Of a DNA stretch of 64,000 nucleotides, positions 46,937 through 57,233 are shown piece by piece. The notes under the pieces are model-generated. The model did no database searches. It saw only the letters and a list, made by a program, of their open reading frames with translations, and was not told the DNA's origin. Within the stretch, counting starts at the first letter, position 1; the number at the start of each line of letters is the position of its first letter. The stretch is from an uncultured delta proteobacterium (GTDB taxonomy: Bacteria > Myxococcota_A > Polyangia > Palsa-1104), in the NCBI GenBank assembly GCA_963785725.1, contig CAWAWS010000019.1, forward strand, positions 64,001 to 128,000. The letters are read 5' to 3'. The position numbers and the translations under genes were made by a program.

Positions 46937-48007
46937 TCAGCTCTTAACAGCACCTGCAACTATTTGAAAGTCAAGGCGTTCTCGGGCGAGCAAGACATGG
47001 CTCGGAGAGGTCGTCGTGATGAACGCCTGACACGGCACCGATTGCAGAAAATCGAACAGCTGCGCATTTCTCGTGGGGTCCAATTCCGACGAAACATCGT
47101 CGAGCAATAAAACCGGAGCGTCCCCCAAAGTCGCGCGCAAGAATTCGATTTCGGCGATTTTCAATGCCAGCACGATCGCGCGCAGCTGGCCTTGCGACGC
47201 GTAGGATTTGGCCTCTTTTCCGTCGAGAAGCAGCGCCAAGTCGTCGACGTGCGGACCGGACGAGGTCGCGCCGCGCGCCATATCGCGGCGGCGCTCGGCC
47301 GATAATCGCGCCAATAACGTCGCCTCGATATCGCCGTCCATTTGCGTCGCGTAGCCAATCGCCAGCGAAAGGCCGGTTTGCGTCACGCGCTCGAACGCCG
47401 CTTGCACGCGCGGCCGCAGCTCGTCGACGAGCGCGCGCCGCCGATTGACGATCGCCACCGCCGCGCGCGCCAGCTGCGCGTCGTAGACTTCGAGCAGATC
47501 GGGCGCGCCGCCGTCACGCAAGACCGCATTGCGCGACTTCAGGACGCGATCATAAATCTGCGCCTCGCCGAGATAGGCCGGATGCGCGTTCCACACGGCG
47601 CGATCGATGAATCGCCGTCGCCCCGAGGGTGAGCCTTTGGGCAGCCGCAGATCCTCGGGCGCAAACAGGACGACGTTGAAGCCGCCGAAGTAATCGGTCG
47701 CGCGCGCGCCTTTGCCGTCGACCCGCGCGCTCTTGTGGCCGGGGCTGAGCGCGACCTCGAGCAGCCGTAGCGTCTCCAGCTTCTCGACCCGCGCGCGCAC
47801 CGTCGCTTTGGGCGCGCCGAAGCGCACCATCTCCTCGGTCTTGGCAGCGCGAAAGCTGCGCAGCGTGCCGAGCAGATAAATCGCCTCCAAGATGTTCGTC
47901 TTGCCCTGCCCGTTATCGCCCCACAGCACGTTGAAGCGCGCGTGCGGCTCGATGAGGACCTGTTCGAGATTGCGGAACTGACGGGCTTCGAGCGCGTGGA
48001 TGCGCAT
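46937..48007 (-). CDS. recF: DNA replication/repair protein RecF
   Basis: GDNGQGKTN, ASQGQ and LLLDDVSSELD; position after dnaN. Confidence 0.97.
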   Translation of the reverse strand: MRIHALEARQFRNLEQVLIEPHARFNVLWGDNGQGKTNILEAIYLLGTLRSFRAAKTEEMVRFGAPKATVRARVEKLETLRLLEVALSPGHKSARVDGKGARATDYFGGFNVVLFAPEDLRLPKGSPSGRRRFIDRAVWNAHPAYLGEAQIYDRVLKSRNAVLRDGGAPDLLEVYDAQLARAAVAIVNRRRALVDELRPRVQAAFERVTQTGLSLAIGYATQMDGDIEATLLARLSAERRRDMARGATSSGPHVDDLALLLDGKEAKSYASQGQLRAIVLALKIAEIEFLRATLGDAPVLLLDDVSSELDPTRNAQLFDFLQSVPCQAFITTTSPSHVLLARERLDFQIVAGAVKS

Positions 48008-48033
48008 CGATTACGCGGGCGAAGGCGACGACT

Positions 48034-49146
48034 TCAGATGCGCATGGGCATGACGACGCCGACGTAGCTGGCGCCTTTGCCCTGCTCGGCCGGCCGCACG
48101 AGCCCGGGATCGAGCTCGCCGTTCAGCTCCAGCTTCACTTCGTCGCCCTCCATCTCGCCCAAGAGCTCGATGAAATACTTGGCGTTGAAGCCGATGGTCA
48201 GGGCCGTGCCGTCGTAGCCGACGTCGAGCGCTTCGTGCGCCTCGCCCAAGTCGGGGTTGTCGCTGGCGACCTTGAGCTCGTTCTTGTCGAGCGAGAACTT
48301 GATGCCCCAGGTCTTGTCCGACGACATGATGCTGATGCGCTTCAAGGCTTCCAAGAGCGCCAGCCGCGGCGCCACGGCGATCTTGTCGTTCTCTTTCGGG
48401 ATGACCTGATCGTACGGCGGAAACTGCGCGTCGATGAGCTTGACCGACAGCGCCGTGTTGCCGGCGCGGACGAACAAGTGGCCGTTGTGGATGCCGAGCT
48501 CGACTTTGCCGTCGGCCGACTCCAGCTGGCGCCGCACTTCCATCAAGCCTTTGCGCGGAATGATGATGCCCGCCGCCAGCTTGGGCCCGTCGGCCAGCGG
48601 CCGCTCCACCTTCGACAGGCGGTGACCATCCGTCGACACCATGCGCGCCACCGCGCCGTCGCTCTCGAAGAGCACGCCGTTCAAGTGGTAGCGCGTCTCG
48701 TCGGTCGAGATGCTGAAGAACGTCTTGGCGATCATGTCGCGCAACGTCGCCGCGTCGACCGTCGAGAACGTGACCTCGCGATGGTTCGGCAGCTTCGGGA
48801 AGTCGCGATCGGCCATGCCGACGACCTTGTAGTCGACCTTGCCGGCGCGAATCTCCGCGTACTGATTCTCCGTCCGCTTGAGCGTCAGCTCGTCCTTGGG
48901 CAGCGACTTGACGATGTCATGCAGATGCTTGGCACCGACGGTGAGCCCGCCTTCCGACGTCACGTGACAGGGCAGCTCGGCGGTGACCGTCACGTTCAGG
49001 TCGGTGGCCGCGACGAGCAGCTTGTCCTTGCCATCGGTGCGCAACAGGACGTTGGCGAGGATGGGCATCGTGCTCTTGCGATCCGAGATTCCCTGCGCCA
49101 GGTAGAGACCCTGAAGCAGCGACGCCTTCTCGATTTTGAACTCCAT
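48034..49146 (-). CDS. dnaN: DNA polymerase III beta clamp
   Basis: STMPILAN, ATDL, STDGHRL, FPPY, IGFN and VVMPMRI. Confidence 0.98.
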   Translation of the reverse strand: MEFKIEKASLLQGLYLAQGISDRKSTMPILANVLLRTDGKDKLLVAATDLNVTVTAELPCHVTSEGGLTVGAKHLHDIVKSLPKDELTLKRTENQYAEIRAGKVDYKVVGMADRDFPKLPNHREVTFSTVDAATLRDMIAKTFFSISTDETRYHLNGVLFESDGAVARMVSTDGHRLSKVERPLADGPKLAAGIIIPRKGLMEVRRQLESADGKVELGIHNGHLFVRAGNTALSVKLIDAQFPPYDQVIPKENDKIAVAPRLALLEALKRISIMSSDKTWGIKFSLDKNELKVASDNPDLGEAHEALDVGYDGTALTIGFNAKYFIELLGEMEGDEVKLELNGELDPGLVRPAEQGKGASYVGVVMPMRI

Positions 49147-49164
49147 CGTTCTGGCTCTCCGTCT

Positions 49165-49370
49165 GAGTAGTTCTTCAGAAGATCAATGAAGATCCGTATC
49201 TCTATTATGTCCTGTGGGAACTTGGATAACCGATCGATCCCCACGACATCTCTCGTGAAACAGCTGTGTGCGAAAAGTGTGTTCTTTTTTGCGAAGTGCC
49301 CGGTTGCACACAGGCGCCACTTACGCACACTCACTCCACAGCGCAATCCCCGGACTTGTACACAACCGGG
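49165..49370. other. oriC candidate, unwinding half (dnaA-dnaN intergenic)
   Basis: Degenerate DnaA boxes at 49213-49221, 49221-49229, 49304-49312, 49321-49329, 49332-49340 and 49356-49364; AT-rich GATC-containing stretch at 49165-49210. Confidence 0.7.
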
Positions 49371-49693
49371 GGCAATCTATCACCACCCCCGGCGCGCGCG
49401 CACACAAAATCAACGACGCGCGCAAGCGTTCTGCCGCGCGCCTGGACGACGTTCGCCGCCCGTTTCGGACGCGAGCACGCGCGGGGGCGATCGTGGCTGA
49501 GAAGGCGGCGCAGGCGCGTCCGGCGAGGTCGGGCGAGAACGTGGGTGAGGTCGGCGCGAGAAGCAACTTTTGTGACTGATTGGCGATAATTGGGGCGGGA
49601 AGGTCGGGGGCATGACGACGAGCCCACCGTCCTCCGGAATCGTTCGACCGAATCCTCTGGAATCGATCGTTCTTACGAACCGATCGTCGTCGC

Positions 49694-51103
49694 CTACTGC
49701 GACAGATGCCGCTCGAGCTCTTCGACCGTATGCCGCGTCTTCGGGTCACTCTGCACGAGCGCGTCGATCTTCCGGCACGCCGACAGCACCGTCGTGTGAT
49801 CCTTGCCGCCAAAGCGCTGCCCCAAGTCGGGATACGACGACTTGCACAGCTTGCGCGCCAGATACATCGCGATCTGCCGCGGTCGCGCGATGGCCTGATG
49901 CCGCTTGGGCGACTTCAAGTCCGCCAGCTTGACGTTGAAGTAGTTCGCCACTTCCTTCTGCACCGCCTCGACGGTCAGCGAATGCGCCGCCTGGGTCAGG
50001 AAGTTCTTCAGCGTCTCCTTGGCGAACTCGATCGTGATCGGCTGCGACTGCAAGCCCGCGAACGCCGCCACACGAATCAGCAGACCTTCGAGCTCGCGCA
50101 CGTTCGACTTGATGTTCGTCGCCAGGTAAATCGCGACGTCGTCGGGCAGATCGATGCCGTCGTTGTCCGCCTTCTTCTTCAGAATGGCGATGCGCGTCTC
50201 CAGCTCCGGCGGCTGAATGTCGGCGATCAATCCCGACTGAAAGCGCGAACGCAGCCGCTCTTCGAGATCGGGAATCTCGTGCGGATACTTGTCCGCGGTC
50301 AGCACGATCTGCCGATGCGACTCGAACAGCGAGTTGAACGTGTGGAAGAACTCGTCCTGCGTGCGGTCCTTGCCGGCCAGGAACTGAATGTCGTCCATCA
50401 ACAGCACGTCGCATTTCTCGCGGTATTTACGACGGAATTCGTCGATCTTACCGTTGCGGATGCAGTTGATGTACTCGTTCATGAACGTCTCGGTCTTGAG
50501 GTACAAGATCCGCCACGTCGGGTTCTTCTCGCGGATGCGATGGCCGATCGCGTGCACCAAGTGCGTTTTGCCGAGACCGACGCCGCCATATAAGAAGAGC
50601 GGGTTGTACTTGTGCGCAGGAATCTCGGCCACGGCGCGCGACGCCGCGTGCGCCAGCTGATTCGACGGGCCGACGACGTAGGCATCGAACGTGTACTTCG
50701 ACAGCAGGTCCGGCGACGGCGAATCCCCACGCGATTCGCGGGCTTCACCCGTGCGAATGTCGATCGGCCCCGAGCGCGGCGCGTCGGTCATCGGCACCGG
50801 CGTCGGGTCGACGCGCGGATGCGGCTCGGCCTCGCGGACCTCGAACAGAATCTCGTAGTCCTGATTGTTCTGCGCCTTGAGCGCGTCCAGGACGATCGAC
50901 TGGTAGTTGTCCTGAAACCACTCTTTGATCCACTTAGAAGGTGCGCTCAACGTGATGGTCGCGCCTTCGACGGCTTTGCACTGAATCGGTTTCAGCCACA
51001 TCTCGAAGTTGTGCGGCTTGATGCGCCCTTCGAGCGTGCTGAGCGCGCTTTCCCACAGGCCTGTCATCGCAGTCGACTCTCTCGCCTGTTCGTCTTCGGA
51101 CAT
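49694..51103 (-). CDS. dnaA: Chromosomal replication initiator DnaA (alternative start 51067)
   Basis: YNPLFLYGGVGLGKTHL, DDIQF, FFHTFN, SNVRELEG and GGKDHTTV. Confidence 0.98.
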   Translation of the reverse strand: MSEDEQARESTAMTGLWESALSTLEGRIKPHNFEMWLKPIQCKAVEGATITLSAPSKWIKEWFQDNYQSIVLDALKAQNNQDYEILFEVREAEPHPRVDPTPVPMTDAPRSGPIDIRTGEARESRGDSPSPDLLSKYTFDAYVVGPSNQLAHAASRAVAEIPAHKYNPLFLYGGVGLGKTHLVHAIGHRIREKNPTWRILYLKTETFMNEYINCIRNGKIDEFRRKYREKCDVLLMDDIQFLAGKDRTQDEFFHTFNSLFESHRQIVLTADKYPHEIPDLEERLRSRFQSGLIADIQPPELETRIAILKKKADNDGIDLPDDVAIYLATNIKSNVRELEGLLIRVAAFAGLQSQPITIEFAKETLKNFLTQAAHSLTVEAVQKEVANYFNVKLADLKSPKRHQAIARPRQIAMYLARKLCKSSYPDLGQRFGGKDHTTVLSACRKIDALVQSDPKTRHTVEELERHLSQ

Positions 51104-51107
51104 GAAA

Positions 51108-51138
51108 TTACCCACAGCCCTATCCACAATGTGGATAA
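51108..51138. promoter_or_regulatory. Cluster of three DnaA boxes upstream of dnaA
   Basis: TTACCCACA 51108-51116, CTATCCACA 51120-51128 and perfect TGTGGATAA 51130-51138. Confidence 0.88.
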
Positions 51139-51694
51139 GTCGGAATTTCGTTCTGGTTTCGGTGTGAGGCTGAAACGGTTTACTTAACGAATACGCTGAT
51201 GTGTGATCAGCTAGCGGCCAACTGCGGGATCCTGTCGTCGATGCGTTTTTGCGCTCTGCAGGTACCCACGGTTTGCCTCCCCGGCGTGAAGCGACTCGAA
51301 CGTTTATCAAGCAGGTTTTTGGTTGGCAATCCCCAAAAACCGAGGCGTTTCGATCTGCTGCTGATCCTTGAGAAAAATTTGAGGACAGCGGCCGGCCAAA
51401 ACGGGAAAAACGGCGTCGCGGCGGCCGCCATACATGCAAACGGTAGGTAACCTCAGCGGAATTCGGTCGCTCTCCACAGCCGTGCGCGCTGAGTCCCGTC
51501 CGGCGCGGGTTTGCCGGATCGCGTTCGAGCAAAACCGCCTGATCGCCTCGATTGCGACCGATCTGCGTGCTTCGTGTAACGGATTAGCGGCGGAACAGAG
51601 GGTTCGCGAAGCTGGAATCCAGCGTTGCGTCGCGTTAAAGTCTCGGCAGCTTTGGCGGGTGTGACGACGGAAGTGATCGCCCTTCCAAGCGATC

Positions 51695-51723
51695 TTGACA
51701 CGCGCGGAGGTGGTTGCTATAGC
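51695..51723 (+). promoter_or_regulatory. Sigma-70 promoter of the rpmH operon
   Basis: TTGACA-N17-TATAGC with a TG extension. Confidence 0.65.
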
Positions 51724-51755
51724 TCCGCGGCCATTCTTTTACTAGGAGACGGACC

Positions 51756-51905
51756 GTGAAGCGCACTTACCAACCCCATAACAAGCGCCGCAAGCGCTCC
51801 CACGGCTTCCGCAAGCGGATGAGCTCCAAAGGCGGCCGCTTGACCCTCCAGCGTCGTCGTCGCAAGGGTCGCCGCAAGTTGACGGTCACCGTCGCCAAGA
51901 AGTAA
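51756..51905 (+). CDS. rpmH: 50S ribosomal protein L34
   Basis: Translated by hand: [56 protein letters not shown]; below the ORF-track size cutoff. Confidence 0.97.
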   Translation: MKRTYQPHNKRRKRSHGFRKRMSSKGGRLTLQRRRRKGRRKLTVTVAKK

Positions 51906-51908
51906 CGA

Positions 51909-52259
51909 CTGACGCTCGAAAGCTTCCCGAAAAGCGAGCGGCTTCGCCGGCGCAGCGAGTATCTGCGAGTTCAGCAGACGGGACGCAAGCTCCACACCGA
52001 TAGCTTTCTCGTGTTCGTGTTGACGCAGGGTGAAGCCGGTCCACCGCGACTGGGCATCACAGCTTCGCGCAAGCTCGGTGGCGCGGTCGTGCGTAACCGA
52101 GTAAAACGTCGTGTGCGGGAAGCATTCAGGCGACATAAGTTGTTGTTCCCGAGCGGGATCGATCTCGTGTTCGTGGCCAAAAAGAGCGCGAGCGACACCG
52201 AATACGATCAGGTGGTGCGGGAAATGGAGAAGCTGTGCCGAAAGCATTTTCCGCGTTAG
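51909..52259 (+). CDS. rnpA: RNase P protein component (probable CTG start)
   Basis: [13 protein letters not shown] upstream of the track start, RLGITASRK and [13 protein letters not shown]. Confidence 0.9.
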   Translation: MTLESFPKSERLRRRSEYLRVQQTGRKLHTDSFLVFVLTQGEAGPPRLGITASRKLGGAVVRNRVKRRVREAFRRHKLLFPSGIDLVFVAKKSASDTEYDQVVREMEKLCRKHFPR

Positions 52260-52498
52260 CTGCGGCATTGCTGCTGGCTCTGCTCGCCGTGTATCGACGG
52301 CTGCTCTCGCCCATATTCGCGCTCTTTGGGGCGCGCTGCCGATTTTACCCCACGTGCTCCGCTTATGCGTCCGAGGCCGTCCGTCATTACGGGCCATGGC
52401 GCGGCGGTTGGATGGCGATCCGTCGTCTCGGTCGCTGCCACCCGTTCCACCCCGGCGGGTACGATCCGCCCGTTCCAACGGATTCGATTCATGGATAA
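52235..52498 (+). CDS. yidD: Membrane protein insertion efficiency factor
   Basis: [10 protein letters not shown] and [12 protein letters not shown]. Confidence 0.95.
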   Translation: MPKAFSALAAALLLALLAVYRRLLSPIFALFGARCRFYPTCSAYASEAVRHYGPWRGGWMAIRRLGRCHPFHPGGYDPPVPTDSIHG

Positions 52499-54302
52499 AC
52501 GTGTCCTGATTGCCTCGACCATTTCGATGGGAATGGTCGCGGTCTGGTTGGTCGTGTTCAAACCGCACGCGGCCAACGTCGCGCCGCCGGTCGCCGGTGT
52601 GCTCGAGAAGTCGGCAACCGCGACCGAGCCGCCGGCCAAAGCCGCGACGCCGGCGCCGGTCGGCGACGGCAAAGCCGCGGCCGCGAAGGTCGATGCCGCC
52701 AAGCCTGCCGACGCGAAGGCTGCCGACGGCAAGGCCGCCGACGCCGCGCCGCCGACGCCGCCCGCAAAGGCGGAATACAAAGAGACGACGCTGGAAGTGC
52801 CGGGTTACTACCGCGCGACGTTCAACAACTACGGCGCGGCGGCGAATCATTGGGTGCTGCTGAATCCCCAATATAAGGAGGACAACCCGCGCAAGAGCAA
52901 CAAGATGTCGGAGCCGATCGACCTCGTGAAGACGTCGGCGCCGACTCTGCCGCTCGCGTTGAGCTTCGGCAAAGCGGCGACCGCATCCTTCGATGTTCCC
53001 GAGGACGCGGTGTGGACCGAGGAGCCGCGCGGCAACGACGGCGCGGTCGTCTACAGCTGGACCTCGGGCGACGTTCGCATCGAGAAGCGCTACACGCCGG
53101 TTCCCGATTCGTACGAGGTGCGGCTCACCGTCACGGTTGCGAACAAGGGCGACAAGCCGCTCGAATACTATCCGCGTTTGTCGATTTCCGGCTGGCACGA
53201 TCCGTCCGTGAAGTCGGGCGGCTTCCTCTCGCGTCGCGTGAGCCAGACCGAGGGGCTTTGCCTCGTCGACGGCAAGCTGAAGAAAGCCAACCTCGAGGCG
53301 ATGCTCAAGAAGTCCGAGGGCGGCGCGAATTGGGGCAAAGGAATCGACGAGTGGACCAAACCCGGCGAGCCGGGCAAGGTCCGCTGGATTGGCGTCGGTG
53401 AGCAGTACTTCGTGATGGCGGCGGCGCTCAAGCTCGACAATCAAGGTCGTCGCTGCGAAGGCTTCGGCACCTCCGGCGGCAACATCACGTCGTCGATGAC
53501 GATCGACAAGCAGGTCCTCGCCAAGCAGGCACAGGCCACGTACCAGTGGTCGCTGTTCATGGGGCCGAAGATCTTGTCGCGGCTGGACGCGGTCACCGTT
53601 GGTGGCGAAGACGCCGAGATGGGCAAGGCGGTCGACTACGGCTGGACCGAGGCGGTCGCGCGGCCGATGCTGGGCGTGCTCAAAGGCATCCACGCGCTCG
53701 TCCCCAACTGGGGCTTCGCGATCATCATCCTGACGATTCTGCTGAAGGCGCTGACCTGGTATCCGACGCAGCGCTCGATGAAGTCCATGAAGTCGATGGC
53801 GAAGCTCAAGCCGGAGATGGACAAGCTCAAAGAGCGCTACGGCGACGACAAGAACGGCATGAACGTCGCCATGATGGAGCTCTACAAGAAGCACGGCGTG
53901 AATCCGCTCGGCGGCTGCTTGCCGGTGCTCATCCAGATGCCGATCTACATCGCGCTGTACTCGATGTTGGGCAACTCGGTGGAGCTCTATCGCTCGGGAT
54001 TCTTGGGCTGGATCAAGGACTTGACGGCGGCGGATCCCTATTATGTGCTGCCGGTTTTGACGGGCGCGCTCATGTTCCTGCAGCAGAAGACGCAGCCGGC
54101 GTCGCCCGATCCGCAGCAGCGGACGATGATGTACATCATGCCGGTCATGTTCACGGCGTTCAGTATCTTCTTGCCGTCGGGCTTGACGATTTACATTCTC
54201 ACCAATACGGTCCTGACGTTCGTGCAGCAATTCTTGATGAACCGCGGCGATAAGCCGTCGCAGCCGAGCAAGCCGGCGATGACCAAACCGGCGAGGGCCT
54301 GA
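52491..54302 (+). CDS. yidC: Membrane protein insertase YidC
   Basis: [27 protein letters not shown] and DPYYVLP. Confidence 0.96.
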   Translation: MDKRVLIASTISMGMVAVWLVVFKPHAANVAPPVAGVLEKSATATEPPAKAATPAPVGDGKAAAAKVDAAKPADAKAADGKAADAAPPTPPAKAEYKETTLEVPGYYRATFNNYGAAANHWVLLNPQYKEDNPRKSNKMSEPIDLVKTSAPTLPLALSFGKAATASFDVPEDAVWTEEPRGNDGAVVYSWTSGDVRIEKRYTPVPDSYEVRLTVTVANKGDKPLEYYPRLSISGWHDPSVKSGGFLSRRVSQTEGLCLVDGKLKKANLEAMLKKSEGGANWGKGIDEWTKPGEPGKVRWIGVGEQYFVMAAALKLDNQGRRCEGFGTSGGNITSSMTIDKQVLAKQAQATYQWSLFMGPKILSRLDAVTVGGEDAEMGKAVDYGWTEAVARPMLGVLKGIHALVPNWGFAIIILTILLKALTWYPTQRSMKSMKSMAKLKPEMDKLKERYGDDKNGMNVAMMELYKKHGVNPLGGCLPVLIQMPIYIALYSMLGNSVELYRSGFLGWIKDLTAADPYYVLPVLTGALMFLQQKTQPASPDPQQRTMMYIMPVMFTAFSIFLPSGLTIYILTNTVLTFVQQFLMNRGDKPSQPSKPAMTKPARA

Positions 54303-54763
54303 TGGAAGAAGCAGCCAACGTCCTAGGCGAGATCCTCAAAAAGATGGGGATCGAGCACGAAATCGTGACCACCGAGAACGAAGAGCGGATCACCCTCGAG
54401 GTCAAAGGTCCGGAGACCGGCCTCGTCATCGGCAAGAAGGGGCAGACGCTCGATTCGCTGCAGTACATGGTCAACAAGATCGTGTCCAAGCGGCATGGTG
54501 AAGGCGAAGGCAAAGGCGTGACCGTCGACGCCGAAGGCTATCGCAGCCGCCGCGCCGACGCGCTCGTCGAGCTCGCGCACAAGCTGGCCGAGAAGGCCAA
54601 GCGCACGGGACGGCCGGTCGCGGCCGATCCGATGAGCGCCGCCGATCGCCGCATCATCCACGTCACTTTGGCCGACATGGCCGGGTTGACGACACGCTCG
54701 GAAGGCGAAGGCATCTACCGCCACCTGATCGTGATCCCGACCGGCAGCGGTGGCGGCGAGTAG
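54302..54763 (+). CDS. jag: KH-R3H RNA-binding protein Jag/KhpB, lacking the Jag N-terminal domain
   Basis: IGKKGQTLDSLQY, RRIIH and SEGEG. Confidence 0.9.
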   Translation: MEEAANVLGEILKKMGIEHEIVTTENEERITLEVKGPETGLVIGKKGQTLDSLQYMVNKIVSKRHGEGEGKGVTVDAEGYRSRRADALVELAHKLAEKAKRTGRPVAADPMSAADRRIIHVTLADMAGLTTRSEGEGIYRHLIVIPTGSGGGE

Positions 54764-56096
54764 CACGCGCGACACGATCGCGGCCATCGCGACGGCGACC
54801 GGCGGCGGAATTGGCGTCGTGCGGCTGTCCGGTCCGCGCGCGGCGCAGATCGTGGAACAGCTCGTGCGGCCTTGGCCGTCGAAGCCGCAGACGCACAAGC
54901 TGCAGCTGGGCGTCGTCTATCATCCGCGCACCGAAGAGCGCATCGATCAAGTGCTCGCCGTGGTGATGCGCGCGCCGAAGTCGTACACCGGCGAGGACGT
55001 GGCCGAGCTGCAAGGTCACGGCGGACAGCTCGTGTTGCAGCGCGTGCTCGAGGCGGCGTTGGCGGCGGGCGCGCGCATGGCCGAGCCGGGCGAGTTCACG
55101 CGCCGCGCGTTCGAGGCGGGCAAGATCGATCTGTCGCGCGCCGAGTCGGTGGCGGTGTTGATCGGCGCGCGGTCGGAGCGGGCGTTGAAGGCGGCGCAGG
55201 CGATGGGCGCAGGCGCGCTGGCGGCGCAGATCGTGAAGCTGCGGCAGCGCTTGATCGCGGCGTTGGCCGAGCTCGAAGGCGCCATCGATTTCCCCGAGGA
55301 CGCCGGCGACGCTGCGCCTGAAGCGGCGAGCGCCGCGCGATTCGACGGCATCTCACGTGAGATGGCAGCGCTGGCGGCGACGCATCGGCCGGCGCTGTTT
55401 CGCGCGGCGGAGGTGGCGCTCGTCGGTCGCGTCAACGCCGGCAAGTCGAGCCTGCTGAACGCGCTCGCCGGTGAAGAGCGCGCGCTCGTCGACGAAATGC
55501 CGGGCACGACACGCGATACAGTCTCTGTCGAAGTGTCGCTGGCGGGCGTGGCCGTGACGCTCGTCGATACGGCCGGTGAGCGCGCGGCGCCGGAGCCGAT
55601 CGAGGCGCGCGGCTTGGCGCTCGGTCGGGCGCGAGCGGCGCGTGCGGATCTGGTGCTGCTCGTCGTCGACGGCACGATCGGTTTCGGCGAGGACGAGCGG
55701 CGGATTTGGGATGCGATCGTCGGGCCGAAGCTGATCGCCTGGAACAAGCGCGACGTCTCACGTGAGCCGCACGACTTGCCGGCGGATGCGATGGTCGTCG
55801 CGACCGCGGCGACCTCGGCGCTGGGCGTGACCGAGCTGGGCGCGGCGATCGCGCACGCCGTCGCTGGCTCGGACGACGAGGGCATCACCGTCGTCAGCGA
55901 GCGCCAGGCCGAAGCGTTGCGCGACGGCGCCGAGATCTTGGCGCGCGCGACGAAGCTGCTGCGCGAGGGCGAGCCGGTCGAAGTCGCGGCCGACGAAGCG
56001 CGCCGCGCGCTCGACGCGATGGGCCGCGTCACCGGCGAGACCGCCGACGCCGAGCTGCTCGACGCCATCTTCGCGCGCTTCTGCATCGGCAAGTGA
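54750..56096 (+). CDS. mnmE: tRNA modification GTPase MnmE
   Basis: DTIAAIAT, SYTGED, GEFTRRAF, NAGKSS, GTTRD, DTAG and FCIGK. Confidence 0.96.
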   Translation: MAASSTRDTIAAIATATGGGIGVVRLSGPRAAQIVEQLVRPWPSKPQTHKLQLGVVYHPRTEERIDQVLAVVMRAPKSYTGEDVAELQGHGGQLVLQRVLEAALAAGARMAEPGEFTRRAFEAGKIDLSRAESVAVLIGARSERALKAAQAMGAGALAAQIVKLRQRLIAALAELEGAIDFPEDAGDAAPEAASAARFDGISREMAALAATHRPALFRAAEVALVGRVNAGKSSLLNALAGEERALVDEMPGTTRDTVSVEVSLAGVAVTLVDTAGERAAPEPIEARGLALGRARAARADLVLLVVDGTIGFGEDERRIWDAIVGPKLIAWNKRDVSREPHDLPADAMVVATAATSALGVTELGAAIAHAVAGSDDEGITVVSERQAEALRDGAEILARATKLLREGEPVEVAADEARRALDAMGRVTGETADAELLDAIFARFCIGK

Positions 56097-56554
56097 ACGC
56101 TGAGTCGCAGCCCGATGTCATCGTCGTGCTCGGCGCGGCGTTGACGCCCGACGGCGACCTCGGCCCGGCGCTGACCGAGCGCGTGCGCGCCGGTGTCGAC
56201 GCTTGGAAGCGCGGCGCCGCGCCGTGGCTGATGATGAGCGGCGTTCACGAAGCGGTGAAGATGAAGGCGCGCGCGATCGAGCTCGGCGTGCCGGCCGAGC
56301 GCGTGATCGTCGAGCGGACGGCGACGACGACGCACGAGAACGCCGTGCGCTGCGCGGCGCTGATGCGCAAGCGGCAGCTGCGGCACGCGCTGATCGTCAC
56401 GCAGCGTTATCACCGGCCGCGGTCGATCGCGGCGTTTCGCCGCGCCGGCGTCGACGCGACCGCGTTCGAGTTTCGCGGGCAACGGGCGAAGCCGAAGCGA
56501 CTGGCGCGCGAGCTGATGGCGCTCGTGATCTACAAGCTGCGCGGCTGGATCTGA
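56093..56554 (+). CDS. YdcF/DUF218 family protein
   Basis: IVVLG, ERTATTTHENA and VTQRYHRPR. Confidence 0.85.
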   Translation: MNAESQPDVIVVLGAALTPDGDLGPALTERVRAGVDAWKRGAAPWLMMSGVHEAVKMKARAIELGVPAERVIVERTATTTHENAVRCAALMRKRQLRHALIVTQRYHRPRSIAAFRRAGVDATAFEFRGQRAKPKRLARELMALVIYKLRGWI

Positions 56555-57231
56555 CACAGCCGGAAGATGTCGTCGACGAGCAGAAAGCGCTCGGCGACTT
56601 CATCGATCGTTGACTGCAGCGTCGTCTCCTGCGCGACATGCGGCAGCGCGCCGAGGATGTGCGTCTTGCCATAGTGCGCGATGGCGTGCGGGTTCGTCGG
56701 CTCGTCGGCGCCGGCGGTTTCGACGGCGCGCGAGAAGATCACGCCGGCCACTTGCAGCCGGCGATGGCGCGCGGCTTCGATCGTCAGCAGCGTGTGATTC
56801 ACCGTGCCCAACGACGGTCGCGCGACGATGACGAGCGGCAACGCGAGACGCGCCGCGAGGTCGGCCATCAGCACGCCGGGCGCGAGCGGAACCAAGAGTC
56901 CGCCGGCACCTTCGACGAGGATGAGGTCGGCGTCGGCGGCCAGGCGGTCGTAGGCGGCGACGATGCGATCGACGTCGACGACGGCGCCTTCGGCGTGCGC
57001 GGCGACTTCGGGCGACGCCGGCAGGTGAAAGCGATAGGGACGAACGAGCGCGGGATCGAGGTCGCGGCCGGTGGCGCGCAAGAGTCGCTCGCCGTCGTCG
57101 CCGTCGCCGGTCTCGCACGGCTTCATGACCGCGACGCGCAGGCCGCGACGAACGGCCGCGCGGACGAGCGCGCAGGAGACGAACGTCTTGCCGACGCCGG
57201 TGTCGGTCGCGCTAATGAAGATGCCGATCAT
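56530..57231 (-). CDS. bioD: Dethiobiotin synthase
   Basis: TDTGVGKT, MKP, VEGAGG and LGTVNHTLLT. Confidence 0.95.
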   Translation of the reverse strand: MIGIFISATDTGVGKTFVSCALVRAAVRRGLRVAVMKPCETGDGDDGERLLRATGRDLDPALVRPYRFHLPASPEVAAHAEGAVVDVDRIVAAYDRLAADADLILVEGAGGLLVPLAPGVLMADLAARLALPLVIVARPSLGTVNHTLLTIEAARHRRLQVAGVIFSRAVETAGADEPTNPHAIAHYGKTHILGALPHVAQETTLQSTIDEVAERFLLVDDIFRLCQIQPRSL

Positions 57232-57233
57232 CG

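Noticed and set aside
51104..51532. 143-aa N-terminal extension of DnaA in the ORF track
   Set aside because: It runs through the DnaA boxes and promoter region and has no DnaA-like sequence.
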